From an uncultured Nitrospiraceae bacterium (GTDB taxonomy: Bacteria > Nitrospirota > Thermodesulfovibrionia > Thermodesulfovibrionales > UBA6898), in the NCBI GenBank assembly GCA_963811165.1, contig CAWEQH010000010.1, positions 288,001 through 352,000 of the forward strand: a stretch of DNA of 64,000 nucleotides, in the 5' to 3' direction. Shown one piece after another: positions 19,282 through 30,383 of the stretch (its first letter is position 1; each line of letters opens with the position of its first letter). A program made the translations under genes and the position numbers. The notes below the pieces were generated by a model. It saw only the letters and a list, made by a program, of their open reading frames with translations, did no database searches and had not been told where the DNA came from.

Positions 19282-20606
19282 TGTTGTCAACAAATAGAGT
19301 TGTCCGGTTTTAGAGCAGATAAACTGTCCGGTCCGTAGCTAGTTGATATCAGGCTGCTTTTTTGTTTAGTTTTGAGACCTCCTTCCCCTTGGAATTAAAG
19401 GCTATCAATTTTCTGTGCCCATGGAATATTGCTAGGTTGCCGTTTGGATAGCGATGGACACGGACCTTTACTTTGACATAGTGAAAGCGATATTTATCGG
19501 CTGGAATCTGAAGGGTCAGGGCATCGAATTTGACACAGTTGTTGTTGCCGACCGTCCGCTCATATTGTTCGCAGAGGATGTCTTGAAGAGGTGTTCCGGC
19601 CCAAGGGACAAACATACTGGCAGGCTCCTCAGCGGATACGGCAAATTCATCGTTAAAGGCGGGAAGATACACATCACGGATATAGGCATTGGCCTGTTTC
19701 ATCTCAGTGATGCCGGCCATGGCAAGTTCCTTTACAAGGCGCTCCTGATGAGTGCGGAAGGCGCGTTCAGAGCGTCCTCGGGCCTCAGGGGAATAGGCCG
19801 GGATCATCTCTATCCCTAACTGCCTCATGGCACGGCCAAATTGTGTCAGATTCTCCTTATCCACCTTCCCCCCAGCCTCTGGGGTATTCCAGTAGTGGCT
19901 GCCGCGATCCGTGTACAGTGAGGCAAATACTCCATGCTCGACGATCACCTCACTAACTCCCTGAAAACTGCTCTGAGTTCCTTCTTCATCGATAAAAAAC
20001 ATCGAGTAATGTCCATTGCTGGCATCATCCATTGTTACAATCAGATCCCATAACTTCCCAGGCACCCACTCATGTGTGGAGCCGTCCTGATGCAGCATCA
20101 TGCCAATATACGGAGCTCTTGGACGCTGTCTCCGGTGGGTTCCCTTTCTCGAATCCTTATGCACAAGTCCCTTGCCCTGAAGAGTATTCTTTACCCAGGT
20201 GTAGCTCCTCATGCCCTCATGAGCCCGCCTGTACCAACTGTAAAAGTGCTTAACCGTCAATCCCTGGTACCTGCGGCTGTATAAATCTGCCAGGGCCATT
20301 ACCTCATCAACAGGCGCACTGCGGTGCGATATCTGTCCTAAACGCCTATCAATAAGTCCCTCCATCCCCTGCTCCTCATATCGAACCAGATATCGACGGT
20401 ACGTCCGGTCGCATACTCCAAGCAGCCTCGCCGCTTCCTCCTGCGTCAATCTCCCCCTTTGACATCCCTCATATGCTTCCTCAAATCTCATCTTCCGTAC
20501 CTCCTGTAGTAGTGCTGTCCTCTTCATCAATGGCACCTCCGTGCCATCCAATCTTAACCGGACAGTTTATGTGCTACAGATACGGACAGTTTATTGGCTC
20601 GCTACA
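19282..20606 (-). mobile_element. Insertion sequence, IS1202 family (ISNCY/IS481-like), 1325 bp
   Basis: TGT...ACA ends, imperfect terminal IRs each with two (AAC/AGT)TGTCCG motifs, 16-bp flanking direct repeat, single DDE transposase. Confidence 0.88.
19349..20527 (-). CDS. DDE transposase
   Basis: N-terminal HTH (LTQEEAARLLGV), HQDGS.H.W, YTDRGS and SPEARGRSER. Confidence 0.92.
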   Translation of the reverse strand: MKRTALLQEVRKMRFEEAYEGCQRGRLTQEEAARLLGVCDRTYRRYLVRYEEQGMEGLIDRRLGQISHRSAPVDEVMALADLYSRRYQGLTVKHFYSWYRRAHEGMRSYTWVKNTLQGKGLVHKDSRKGTHRRQRPRAPYIGMMLHQDGSTHEWVPGKLWDLIVTMDDASNGHYSMFFIDEEGTQSSFQGVSEVIVEHGVFASLYTDRGSHYWNTPEAGGKVDKENLTQFGRAMRQLGIEMIPAYSPEARGRSERAFRTHQERLVKELAMAGITEMKQANAYIRDVYLPAFNDEFAVSAEEPASMFVPWAGTPLQDILCEQYERTVGNNNCVKFDALTLQIPADKYRFHYVKVKVRVHRYPNGNLAIFHGHRKLIAFNSKGKEVSKLNKKAA

Positions 20607-20622
20607 TCGGCACGACCAGGTG
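20607..20622 (+). repeat. Target site duplication, right copy
   Basis: TCGGCACGACCAGGTG, identical at 19266-19281. Confidence 0.9.
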
Positions 20623-20715
20623 TTGCAACACTAAGGAATGCATATTATGATGAAATCAACCAAGTACCTCAGGGAAGGAGCTAAGATATGAGCAGTTCGG
20701 GGAAGGAGTGACAAC

Positions 20716-21861
20716 ATGAAGATCCTTTCGGGTTTTTTGGGAATGGCGCTCATACTCATTGTGCTTTGGGATGCCTTCGAGACAATTATCCTGCCTCGCC
20801 GTGTAACCCGTAAATATCGCCTCACCCGCCTTTTTTATCGTTATACATGGTTTTTATGGAATTCGGCAAAAAGGATATTTTCATCAAGACGCCAGGAAAC
20901 CTATATGGCATTCTATGGTCCTCTGTCAGTCATTCTTCTCCTTAGCGTATGGGCGCTCGGGATTATCCTGGGGTTCGCCTTTTTGCTTTGGGCAGCGGAC
21001 TCTCCCGTAAAGACTCCTGAGGGGACAGCAGGTTTCTTTATGGACTTTTATCTGAGCGGTACGACTTTCTTCACTCTCGGAATGGGTGACGTCATCCCGA
21101 TTTCCGCATTCTCGAGGGCCTGTGCAGTGGTCGAATCCGGCCTCGGTCTTGGTCTGCTGGCGATCGTCATCAGTTATCTGCCAGCTCTTAATCAGTCTTT
21201 TTCCAGGCGTGAAGTAAATATATCTCTTCTTGATGCGCGTGCAGGATCCCCGCCAAGCGCCTACGAGCTCTTACAGCGTCGCTGCCACGACAATGCGGGT
21301 ATGGAAACACTTCTTCAGTATCTCAGCGAGTGGGAACACTGGGCCGCAGACCTCCTCGAAAGTCATCTGTCGTATCCGGTTCTCGCTTACTTTCGGTCTC
21401 AGCACGACAACCAGTCGTGGCTTGCTGCCCTTACGACAATTCTTGACACGAGCGCATTTGTGATCGTAGTGATGGAAGGCCCGTGCGAAAGGCAGGCGCG
21501 ACTGACCTTTGCAATTGCGCGGCATGCGGTTGTCGATCTCTCGCTCGTTTTTTTTAGTCCGCCCTCAAAAAGCAGACGTGACCGTTTCCCCCACGAGGAT
21601 TTTGTGAAATTCTCTGAAGGCCTGAAATCAGCCGGGCTGTCGGTTCGAAAGGGAGAGAAGATTGAGGAGGAACTCGCCAGGCTGCGCAATATGTATGAGC
21701 CTTATGTCCGCTCACTTGCCAGTCACCTGCGTCTTTCAATCCCTCCCTGGGTTGCCAGGGAGGTCCCTACGGATAACTGGCAAACAAGCGCGTGGGAGAA
21801 GCGTCTGGGATCCGGAAAAGAAGGTGACGGTTCGGGCAAGGGGGAGGGCTGGCATTTCTGA
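20716..21861 (+). CDS. Potassium channel family (Ion_trans_2) membrane protein
   Basis: TMs flanking the pore-like SGTTFFTLGMGDVIP; conserved SHLSYPVLAYFRSQH C-terminal domain. Confidence 0.8.
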   Translation: MKILSGFLGMALILIVLWDAFETIILPRRVTRKYRLTRLFYRYTWFLWNSAKRIFSSRRQETYMAFYGPLSVILLLSVWALGIILGFAFLLWAADSPVKTPEGTAGFFMDFYLSGTTFFTLGMGDVIPISAFSRACAVVESGLGLGLLAIVISYLPALNQSFSRREVNISLLDARAGSPPSAYELLQRRCHDNAGMETLLQYLSEWEHWAADLLESHLSYPVLAYFRSQHDNQSWLAALTTILDTSAFVIVVMEGPCERQARLTFAIARHAVVDLSLVFFSPPSKSRRDRFPHEDFVKFSEGLKSAGLSVRKGEKIEEELARLRNMYEPYVRSLASHLRLSIPPWVAREVPTDNWQTSAWEKRLGSGKEGDGSGKGEGWHF

Positions 21862-21893
21862 TAAATGATGCGGGTGCGCCGATATTATTAAAC

Positions 21894-21922
21894 AAAAAAA
21901 GGGCAGGGGAGTCCCTGCCCTT
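21894..21922 (-). terminator. Intrinsic terminator of fhs
   Basis: GGGCAGGG/CCCTGCCC stem followed by a U-tract on the minus strand. Confidence 0.8.
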
Positions 21923-21944
21923 CTGATCTCCTATTATAATAATC

Positions 21945-23708
21945 TTAGAACAATCCGCTCACCTTTCCGGTATTGACGTCTACGTCGACCCTTCTGAACG
22001 CGGGATTGGAACTTGTTCCGGGCATTAGGCTGATTGTCCCGGCACATGGGCAGAGGAATTTCGCGCCGGAATAAATCAGGACGTCCCTTATCGGAAGTGT
22101 CCACCCCTTCGGCACCCCTTTGACAACCGGATCGTGGGTTAGGCTCAGGTGCGTTTTTACCATCATGGTGGCAAAGTCCGCGTACTTAGGATCGTCTTCG
22201 AGCATCTTTGCCTTTGCCTCGGCCTCGGGCAGCCAGGATACTCCGTCAGCCCCGTAGACTTCCTTTGCGATCAGTGCCACGCGGTCGCGCAGCTTCATCT
22301 CTAGCGGATAGAGGTACTTGAAGTCATTTTTCTCGTTGCAGGCGTCGATAACCGAATCAGCCAGTTCAAGAGCTCCGTCTCCGCCTTTGAGCCAGTGCTG
22401 GGATTCAGCGCAACGGGCGCCCGCTGCCTCTGCAGCCTTTTTGACTACCGCCACTTCGGCATCTGTATCAGTGTAGAAACGGTTGACGCAGACAACCGGA
22501 TTAATACCTGATTTCCGAATGACCTTGATCATGTGAACCATGTTTGCGCAACCTTTTTCGACAAGGGCTATGTTTTCCTTTGTATACTCATCAGGCAGGG
22601 CTTTACCGGCAACAACCTTAGGACCGCCGCCGTGCATTTTGAGCGCGCGGACAGTTGTGGTAAGCACCGATACATGGGGTTTCAGGCCGCTGAAGCGGCA
22701 CTTGACGTTCCAGAATTTTTCGAAGCCGATGTCAGCGGCAAAACCCGATTCGGTCACATGGTAGTCGAACAACTTTAGTCCGACACGGTCGGCGATGATG
22801 GAGGACTGACCTACCGCTATGTTTGCGAAGGGTCCGGCATGGACAAAACAGGGATTGTATTCGGCAGTGCACATCAGTGTAGGGTTGATAGTATTGCGCA
22901 TAAAGGCTGCCATGGCGTTGCCGACTTCAAGGTCGCCAGTGGTGACGGGCTTTCCGTTTTTGTCGAAGGCAACGGTAATGTTGTTAAGTCTTTTTTTCAG
23001 GTCAGCGAGATCGTTGGCAACAGAAAGAATGGCCATGCATTCAGAACCCACGGCGATACCGAACTTAGATTGCATCATGTATCCGTCCTGCCTGCCGCCG
23101 ATGCCGATAATAATATTACGCAGGCTCTGTGCACAGAAGTCCATGATCCAGCCCATCTCCACCCTGGTGGGGTCTATATCCAGACGCCTCATCTTGGTAA
23201 GACGCGCCAACTGCTCGTCGTTATAATTACGCTCATGCTGCATCCTCGCAGTAAGGGCGACCATAGCGAGGTTATGGGCGTTCATGATATCGTTGATGTC
23301 ACCGGTGAGTCCAAGGGAAAACTCGGTCATGGGGATTAGCAGCGAATTGCCGCCGCCTGCTGCCGTGCCCTTTACGTTCATGGTGGGGCCGCCGGAGGGC
23401 TGGCGCAGTGCCCCGCCCACGTTCACGCCGCGCTTGCCCAAACCCTCCATCAGGCCGCAGGAGGTTGTGCTTTTGCCTTCGCCCAGTGGGGTAGGGGTGA
23501 TTGCAGTCACCTCAATGTATTTGCCGTCAGGCTTGTCCTTTAGCCGGTTGATGATCTTTAGAAAGTCGATCTTCGACAGCCGGCCCATAGGCAGCATCTC
23601 GTCCTTCTGCAGGCCGAGCTTATCGCGCCACTGTTCTGGGGTAGGCATGTTCTTTTCTGCCTCTTCTGAAATCTGCCAATCGGCTAATTTCGTTGCATCA
23701 TACGGCAT
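21945..23708 (-). CDS. fhs: Formate--tetrahydrofolate ligase
   Basis: [29 protein letters not shown] and [14 protein letters not shown]. Confidence 0.97.
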   Translation of the reverse strand: MPYDATKLADWQISEEAEKNMPTPEQWRDKLGLQKDEMLPMGRLSKIDFLKIINRLKDKPDGKYIEVTAITPTPLGEGKSTTSCGLMEGLGKRGVNVGGALRQPSGGPTMNVKGTAAGGGNSLLIPMTEFSLGLTGDINDIMNAHNLAMVALTARMQHERNYNDEQLARLTKMRRLDIDPTRVEMGWIMDFCAQSLRNIIIGIGGRQDGYMMQSKFGIAVGSECMAILSVANDLADLKKRLNNITVAFDKNGKPVTTGDLEVGNAMAAFMRNTINPTLMCTAEYNPCFVHAGPFANIAVGQSSIIADRVGLKLFDYHVTESGFAADIGFEKFWNVKCRFSGLKPHVSVLTTTVRALKMHGGGPKVVAGKALPDEYTKENIALVEKGCANMVHMIKVIRKSGINPVVCVNRFYTDTDAEVAVVKKAAEAAGARCAESQHWLKGGDGALELADSVIDACNEKNDFKYLYPLEMKLRDRVALIAKEVYGADGVSWLPEAEAKAKMLEDDPKYADFATMMVKTHLSLTHDPVVKGVPKGWTLPIRDVLIYSGAKFLCPCAGTISLMPGTSSNPAFRRVDVDVNTGKVSGLF

Positions 23709-24165
23709 AGTAATTCCTCCTTTTTTAAATGCATGATATTTATTATTTATGCCTGCAGGCCGGGCCTGGACAGAGCAAAAACTGACTATTACTTATAAAA
23801 TGATAAGAAACTTTAATGATTAATGCAAGAAAAAAATGATGGCATCTTCCCTGTAATCTAGTAGCTGATATGCTCGTGTAAGAACCTTTCGTTCATTCGC
23901 CTAAAAAGGCGGCGATAAAACCAGATACCCGCGTCCTCCTCCCTGTGAACTTTTATATATCTTTTCCAGGACTTTTTCCACCGGAATCCATTATTATAGA
24001 AATATGGTTTTGCAAATTATCATATAAGAATAAACACTGTCAAGAAAAACAAGGGGGTTAGTTCATTAATAATATTAATATATATATGTATCTGCATCAT
24101 AGACTCTCTGTTATTATGGAGGCATAAATCCCATTTGTAAGAGCAGAGTATCCGGAGGAAAAGAA

Positions 24166-25122
24166 ATGTTTAGATTAAAGTTTTCACTGGTCGTTATTTT
24201 TTTATTAATAGGCGCCGCATCCAGCCAGGCCGGCGTGTTGCTCGATAAGGTAGTGGCGGTCGTTAACCAGGAGGTCATTACCTGGAGCGAGTTATACAAG
24301 TCCATGGAGGCCGACGCCTCTCCACAATTGAAGGAAATGAAAGATAATGAGAGGCGGCAAGTATTTAAGGAAAATGAGGCTTCTTTTCTTGATACTCTCA
24401 TCGGCGTCAAATTGCAACTGCAGGAGGCCAAGAGTTTGGGAGTCAACGTGAGTGAAGAAGAACTTAAGGAGGGTATCGATAACATCAAGAAGAAATACGC
24501 TATGACGGATTCAGCTTTCATAGACTCCTTAAAGAAGGAAGGATATACCTTTGAAGAGTATAAGAAGAGGCTTCGTGAGCAGATCATGATGAGCAAAGTT
24601 GTAAATATGCAGATCCGCAGTAAGATACTGGCATCGGATGCCGACGTTAAGAAGTTTCTCGAGGAAAACAGGGATTTTTCTGAGTCGGGGGAAGGGTACA
24701 GGTTAAGCCAGATATTCTTTAAGAAGCCAAAGAATGATGGGGAAAAAAGCAGCGTTGAAGAGAAGGCGGCTGTCGTACTCAAGAAACTGAAGGAGGGTGT
24801 TAATTTTGCTGACCTGGCAAGGCAGTATTCTGAAGACTCCTCGGCTTCAGCAGGTGGAGATCTCGGCCTGATAAGAAAAGCTCAGATGGCGAAGGAGTTC
24901 GCCGAGGCTCTTTCAATGATGAAACCTGGGGAGACAAGTGCTCCTTTTTGGACATCGGGAGGCCTACACATCATCAGACTACAGGAAAAAATCGGAGCGA
25001 GAAGCCCTGATCAGATCAAAGAAGAGGCGAAGACGGCTTTCATCAACAAGACCTTCATGGAAAGGTACGCTGCCTGGATGAAGGGTCTGCGGGAAAAAGC
25101 CTATATAGAAATTAGGCTCTAA
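24166..25122 (+). CDS. surA: SurA-like periplasmic chaperone / parvulin PPIase
   Basis: Signal peptide, DKVVAVVN.EVIT, FADLARQYSED and GGDLG. Confidence 0.85.
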   Translation: MFRLKFSLVVIFLLIGAASSQAGVLLDKVVAVVNQEVITWSELYKSMEADASPQLKEMKDNERRQVFKENEASFLDTLIGVKLQLQEAKSLGVNVSEEELKEGIDNIKKKYAMTDSAFIDSLKKEGYTFEEYKKRLREQIMMSKVVNMQIRSKILASDADVKKFLEENRDFSESGEGYRLSQIFFKKPKNDGEKSSVEEKAAVVLKKLKEGVNFADLARQYSEDSSASAGGDLGLIRKAQMAKEFAEALSMMKPGETSAPFWTSGGLHIIRLQEKIGARSPDQIKEEAKTAFINKTFMERYAAWMKGLREKAYIEIRL

Positions 25123-25228
25123 CCGGCTTGTGTTCCGCACTTTTCTTTTACAGAGAGGTGGGGTTTCTTTTTTTTCAGGGGAGGGCGATTATGATGCCGA
25201 CTGGCCTTATAAGACGGAGGAATAATTC

Positions 25229-25879
25229 ATGGACGGTCTCAGGATAGGAGTCCTTGCATCGGGACGTGGTTCGAATTTTCAGTCAATCATAGATGCGATC
25301 GAAGCCGGGTATATAAAGGCGGGGGTGCGCGTCCTTATAACTGATAATCCTGAGGCGTTTGCTATCGAAAGGGCGAAGAAACACCTCATAGAATACATGA
25401 CAATGAGTCCGAAACAATTTGCTTCGAAAGATGTCTACTTTCAGAAAATCGCCGACGAAATGAAAAGCCGCGGCGTGGGGCTTGTGGTCCTTGCGGGTTT
25501 CATGCGTATAGTCGGAAAACCCCTGATCAATGCGTTTCATAATCGGATCATGAATATCCACCCCGCTCTCCTGCCTTCCTTCCCGGGGCTGCACGGACAA
25601 CAGCAAGCCCATGACTATGCGGTGAAAATATCGGGTTGTACAGTTCATTTTGTCGACGAAGGGATGGATACCGGTCCCATCATTATCCAGGCTGCTGTCC
25701 CTGTAAAAGACGACGACACGGAAGAATCATTGTCCGATAGGATCTTGAAGTTCGAACACAGGATCTATCCCGAGGCGATCAGACTTTTCTCCGAAGACAG
25801 GTTAAGGGTGGTCGGCCGCAAGGTGATTATAGAAAAGGCCTGCATTGATGAGGAAGGCCTTATAAATCCCCGGCTGTAA
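25229..25879 (+). CDS. purN: Phosphoribosylglycinamide formyltransferase
   Basis: SGRGSNF, LAGFMR, NIHPALLP, GCTVHFV and DTGPII. Confidence 0.97.
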   Translation: MDGLRIGVLASGRGSNFQSIIDAIEAGYIKAGVRVLITDNPEAFAIERAKKHLIEYMTMSPKQFASKDVYFQKIADEMKSRGVGLVVLAGFMRIVGKPLINAFHNRIMNIHPALLPSFPGLHGQQQAHDYAVKISGCTVHFVDEGMDTGPIIIQAAVPVKDDDTEESLSDRILKFEHRIYPEAIRLFSEDRLRVVGRKVIIEKACIDEEGLINPRL

Positions 25880-25961
25880 GAAATAATTTCTGCGGCTGCT
25901 TCATCCATGCTTCATTTGAAACAGAGACTCCTCGCCGCGGGGCGATGCTTGTTAGGGTGTG

Positions 25962-26489
25962 CTATTTCTTGCCGTCTAATCTTTTTTTGAGAAGACCCCT
26001 GGCCTTAGTGAAGAACTTAAGAAATTGATCGTCCCTGTAGTCGAAGTATGTATAGGGAAGGGGGTTGAACCTCCCTTCCTGATAAAACAGCTCCAGTTCG
26101 CAGAATACGCCCATCCCGAGATAAATACGATGGGAATAATTCTTCTTTGAGGCGAGAACGACCTTTGCAAGGGTCATATATCCGGGATCGAGATTGATCT
26201 GCCTTTTTCCATTTGCCGAGAATCTCTCTTCAATTTCCATCACGGCAAGTTTAGCCTCCACAAGGGAGGAAGGGTCGGTAATGCTTTCAAAAAACATGAG
26301 GTGACGGTAAAGAGGCGTACCAAGCTCGCCGTCATAATACGTGCTGTAATTCCAAGGCAGGGAAGGGGTTTCGAAATAGATACGCCCGAACAAGTCTAGG
26401 AGCTTTGGGGCTGTGGCGTTAAGAACCTCCTGTGAGGAAAAGAGCGAGGCAATGAACATGACGGCATCCTCGGGATAGTTGCGGCGCAT
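25962..26489 (-). CDS. DUF4416 family protein
   Basis: RQINLDPGY, KNYSHRIYLG and PYTYFDYR motifs. Confidence 0.8.
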   Translation of the reverse strand: MRRNYPEDAVMFIASLFSSQEVLNATAPKLLDLFGRIYFETPSLPWNYSTYYDGELGTPLYRHLMFFESITDPSSLVEAKLAVMEIEERFSANGKRQINLDPGYMTLAKVVLASKKNYSHRIYLGMGVFCELELFYQEGRFNPLPYTYFDYRDDQFLKFFTKARGLLKKRLDGKK

Positions 26490-26500
26490 AAATGCCGTTT

Positions 26501-27013
26501 TCAGAAGAGCGCTTTGATCTGACTCTTCTCATCCGGAGAGTTCCAGTCAGCGCCGCCGATTACACGCCTGACCAGCATACCCTTCTTGTCGACAATATAA
26601 GTCTCCGGAACACCGGTCACTCCATAATTTCGCGCTGCAGCTCCGCCGGGATCGACGTATACCGGGAAAGTGTACCCTTGTGATTTCATATACGCAAACG
26701 CATTTTCATGACTGTCATTGTAAAGGATCGTGATCATGATAAAGTCGTTGTTGGCCGCCATCTCTCTGCAAAGCGCCTCGACCGAGGGCATCTCTTCTTT
26801 GCACTGTTGTCACCACGACGCCCAGAAATGTACGAAAATTATCTTGTTCTTCAGGTCAGAGGAAGACAGACTCTTGCCGCTGATGGGATCGTTCACCACG
26901 AAATCTGGCGCGACGGGCCCTTTTCCGACATTATTATTGCGGGTGGTATCAAAAAAAAGAAAGGCCGCACCTGCTAAAAGCAGGACGGCCAAAATTATGA
27001 TCTTGTGTTTCAC
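26501..27013 (-). CDS. TlpA/ResA-like thiol-disulfide oxidoreductase selenoprotein (UxxC), 170 aa
   Basis: ORFs 26810-27013 and 26501-26791 join in frame as FWASW*QQCKEEMP; N-terminal TM, APDF and GVPET motifs. Confidence 0.9.
26767..26812 (-). promoter_or_regulatory. Putative SECIS element of the TlpA selenoprotein
   Basis: After the UGA: lower stem TGCAAA/TTTGCA, upper stem CCTC/GAGG with GGTC loop; the loop G follows 26 nt after the UGA. Confidence 0.7.
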
Positions 27014-27019
27014 GAACGC

Positions 27020-29461
27020 TTAGTTTACCCCGGTAAGAAGGGATGCCTCCTCTTCCGAGATAAATACTGGGGCATCTGTTTCCAGAAGGACCTTAATTTT
27101 GTTGGCCCCCTTGAATCTGCCTTTGAGTATCTCTTCGGAAAGCGGATCCTCTATAACCTTTTGGACGGCCCTGCGCATAGGTCTCGCACCGTAGGCAGGT
27201 TTGTAATAATGCTCCAAAATCCATTCCTTGACTTCCTGTGACACCTCGACCACAAGTTCCTGTTCTATCAACTGTTTGTTGGTCTCCTCTATAAGAAGGT
27301 TGATAATGGAAATAAGATGTCCCTTGTCAAGAGGATGGAAGACCACGATCTCGTCTATGCGGTTAAGGAATTCCGGGTTGAACGTTTTCCTAAGCTCGCC
27401 CAGCACATTGTCTTTTATATTCTCATAGACTTCCCCCGTCCCGCTGCGCTGAAAACCGAGCGGGGTGGACTTTTCGATGATCCTCGCACCGACGTTAGAA
27501 GTCATAATGATAACCGTGTTTCTGAAATCGACCCTTCTGCCGAAACTGTCGGTAAGAACTCCTTCATCCAGCACTTGCAGCAGGATATTAAAGACGTCCG
27601 GGTGCGCCTTTTCTATCTCATCGAAAAGGATGACGGAATAGGGCTTCTTGCGTACCTTTTCAGTAAGCTGCCCGCCTTCTTCGTAACCCACGTAACCCGG
27701 AGGAGCACCCGTAAGCTTAGATACATTAAATCGCTCCATGTATTCGGACATATCGATTTTGATTAGCGAGCTCTCATCGTTAAAAAGGAAGCTGGCTAGT
27801 GCTTTTGCCAGTTCGGTCTTGCCTACCCCAGTGGGCCCGAGGAAGAAGAATGAGCCTATGGGCTTCTTGCTGCTCTTAAGTCCAGCCCTAGATCTCCGCA
27901 GGGCCTTTGAAACTACCCTTACCGCCTCTTCCTGCGAAATGATGCGCGTGTGGAGTTCCTCTTCCATTCTGAGGAGTTTCTCCGACTCTTTCTCCTCTAT
28001 TTTTATGATCGGGATGCCGGTCATCTTTGAAACGGTATATGCGACGTCCTCCTCATCTATTATGGGGATTTCCTTGTTGAGGTCATCCCGCCATTTTTTT
28101 TGCATCTGTTCATATATTTTTTTGGTTTTTTCTTCTTCCGTCCTAACCGAAGACGCCTTGTCCAGGTCGTGCAGCTTCACATACAGGTTCTTTTCCTTGG
28201 TAAGTCTGTTCATCCTGTATTCCAATTCCTTTAGCTCAGTAGGCGGAGTAAACCTTTTCAGCTTGATCCTAGAGCCCGTCTCATCCAGAACGTCTATTGC
28301 TTTGTCTGGAAGAAATCTATCTGGGATATAACGATCCGAGAGTTTAGCGGATGCGTTTATCGCCTCCTGGCTGATTTTGACCCTGTGATGCGCTTCATAA
28401 CGTGATCTCAAGCCGGCCAGGATCTCGACGGTGTCTTTCACGTCCGGTGGCTGGATATTGATAGGCTGGAACCTCCTTTCAAGTGCCCTGTCTTTCTCGA
28501 TATATTTCCGATATTCATCGGGTGTCGTTGCTCCTATGCACTGTATTTCTCCCCGCGAAAGGGCAGGCTTAAGCATGCTAGAGGCGTCGATGGATCCCTC
28601 GGCGGCTCCCGCGCCTATTAGAGTGTGAAGCTCATCGATAAACAGGATAATGTTATCTATCTGGACTATCTCCTTCATCACGATCTTCAAGCGCTCTTCG
28701 AATTGCCCGCGATATTTGGTTCCTGCAATTAGCGCCCCGAGATCAAGTGATATGATTCTTCTGCCCAACAGGCTTTCGGGCACGTCGCCGGCCACGATCC
28801 GCTGGCAAAGACCTTCAACGATGGCCGTCTTGCCGACACCAGGCTCGCCGACGATCGCGGGGTTGTTCTTTATCCTCCTGCCTAGTACCTGGAGCACTCT
28901 CTCAATTTCATCCTCTCTGCCGATTACGGGATCGAGGCGGTTTTCCTTAGCCATCTGGGTCAAGTCCCTTCCAAATTCATCAAGGGCCGGAGTGGCGCTG
29001 CGTTTTTCACGCATATTCGCATATGACTTCATGGAAAGGTTTATAGTCAACTGTCTGGCGCCTAGAAGGTTAGCACCCAGATTCCTCAGTATTTTGCCCG
29101 CGATCCCCTCATCTTCCCTGATAAGACCCAAGAGAAGATGCTCACTGCCTATATAATTATGTCCCAGGAGTCTGGCCTCCTCGACAGCCAGTTCCAGCAC
29201 TTTTTTGGCCCTCGGCGTAAAAGGGATATCCCCGAAGGTCAACAGGTTCATGCCCGCCGGCAGGTTCCTCTCGATCTCCATCCTCAGTTCTTCGACGGTG
29301 AGCCCCATTTTTTTTAATATCGCAACAGGAAGACCGTCGTCCTCCCGCAAAATAGCCAGAAGAAGATGTTCGGTGCCAAGATAGTCGTTTTGGCGTTTCT
29401 CGGCCTCTTCCTTAGCGAAAATAATGACTTTTCTGCCCCGTTCCGTAAATTTCTCAAACAT
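27020..29461 (-). CDS. clpC: ATP-dependent Clp protease ATPase subunit
   Basis: MFEKFTER Clp-N repeats, two AAA+ modules ([16 protein letters not shown]), GAPPGYVGY. Confidence 0.96.
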   Translation of the reverse strand: MFEKFTERGRKVIIFAKEEAEKRQNDYLGTEHLLLAILREDDGLPVAILKKMGLTVEELRMEIERNLPAGMNLLTFGDIPFTPRAKKVLELAVEEARLLGHNYIGSEHLLLGLIREDEGIAGKILRNLGANLLGARQLTINLSMKSYANMREKRSATPALDEFGRDLTQMAKENRLDPVIGREDEIERVLQVLGRRIKNNPAIVGEPGVGKTAIVEGLCQRIVAGDVPESLLGRRIISLDLGALIAGTKYRGQFEERLKIVMKEIVQIDNIILFIDELHTLIGAGAAEGSIDASSMLKPALSRGEIQCIGATTPDEYRKYIEKDRALERRFQPINIQPPDVKDTVEILAGLRSRYEAHHRVKISQEAINASAKLSDRYIPDRFLPDKAIDVLDETGSRIKLKRFTPPTELKELEYRMNRLTKEKNLYVKLHDLDKASSVRTEEEKTKKIYEQMQKKWRDDLNKEIPIIDEEDVAYTVSKMTGIPIIKIEEKESEKLLRMEEELHTRIISQEEAVRVVSKALRRSRAGLKSSKKPIGSFFFLGPTGVGKTELAKALASFLFNDESSLIKIDMSEYMERFNVSKLTGAPPGYVGYEEGGQLTEKVRKKPYSVILFDEIEKAHPDVFNILLQVLDEGVLTDSFGRRVDFRNTVIIMTSNVGARIIEKSTPLGFQRSGTGEVYENIKDNVLGELRKTFNPEFLNRIDEIVVFHPLDKGHLISIINLLIEETNKQLIEQELVVEVSQEVKEWILEHYYKPAYGARPMRRAVQKVIEDPLSEEILKGRFKGANKIKVLLETDAPVFISEEEASLLTGVN

Positions 29462-29619
29462 TGTAAACTCCTTCTCAGAACCTTATCGTTCCTAATAAAA
29501 TGATACTTTTTTTAGGGGGTCAAAGTCAATAAAGGGTATGTATTGCAGAGGCCTCCCCGAGACGGAGTTAATTCAAAGAGAATAACGATAACGTATGCGC
29601 GTCACTAGGGGATAAATCT

Positions 29620-30360
29620 TTAGTCCATTTCCTGACTGGCATTAATGAGATACTTCGCAGCCACTGCTTCAAGGGTGAAGGGAGCGGACTTCCCCTGGTA
29701 GAGCGTACGTAGCGTCTCCAAATCGGACTTCCACACAATATCACCGGGCGCGAGTAATGAAACGCTACCCGGTTCGTGGCCCGTAAGAAGCATGTTATCC
29801 TTGTAATAATAATGTATTTCGTTTATCTCCGTGGAGTATGCGCGCATCGATGGAGGAATATCAATGGGCCGGAACCATAGCTTTATTTCCCGTTCGGCAT
29901 CGCTGTTCGTCGCTGAGGCGTGGATCAGATTATCCATGCGATCGCCGATTATTTTTCCGTCGGCATCCTTAATTGGAACAATCGTGCCCAGGGAGCGAAC
30001 GCATCCGGGTCTAGTATCGCGGGCGACATGCGGATTTGTCGGACCGCAAATATCGCGCATCTTTTTAGTTGCATCGGGTCCCTGATATACAAATGCGATC
30101 ACTCTGCGTTTACCAGGTAGTTCGGGATAGTGAAGGCGCCCCATTATATAATCTATTAGTGAAGGATAAAACACTTTTCCGCGGTGCTCGGCATAATGTT
30201 CCTCGGCAAGCATCCTGGTGACGTGGACTATCTTGGCTCCGGCGAAACGCAGGCCTGTGTGAAATTCTGAAAGAAGGGATAACACATATCCAGTCAATGA
30301 ATTTTTGAGTGCATCCGGTTTAATCAATACAAGTGTCTGCTCAAAGTCCTCTTTCAACAT
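29620..30360 (-). CDS. ndk: Nucleoside diphosphate kinase with C-terminal extension
   Basis: EQTLVLIKPDA, HYAEH.GK.FY, G.TNP and NLIHAS. Confidence 0.85.
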   Translation of the reverse strand: MLKEDFEQTLVLIKPDALKNSLTGYVLSLLSEFHTGLRFAGAKIVHVTRMLAEEHYAEHRGKVFYPSLIDYIMGRLHYPELPGKRRVIAFVYQGPDATKKMRDICGPTNPHVARDTRPGCVRSLGTIVPIKDADGKIIGDRMDNLIHASATNSDAEREIKLWFRPIDIPPSMRAYSTEINEIHYYYKDNMLLTGHEPGSVSLLAPGDIVWKSDLETLRTLYQGKSAPFTLEAVAAKYLINASQEMD

Positions 30361-30383
30361 AATGGTCCTTTCTGCCCTGTTTT

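Noticed and set aside
20607..20627. Sigma54-like GGCAC...TTGC at the IS target
   Set aside because: GG-to-GC spacing is 14 nt rather than the required 10
23709..24165. Possible THF/ZTP riboswitch upstream of fhs, and a short peptide-like stretch (WIPVEK...RGYLVLS) on the minus strand
   Set aside because: No riboswitch consensus recognisable by eye; the peptide has no start codon and is too short to assign. An Infernal/Rfam scan and tblastx would settle it
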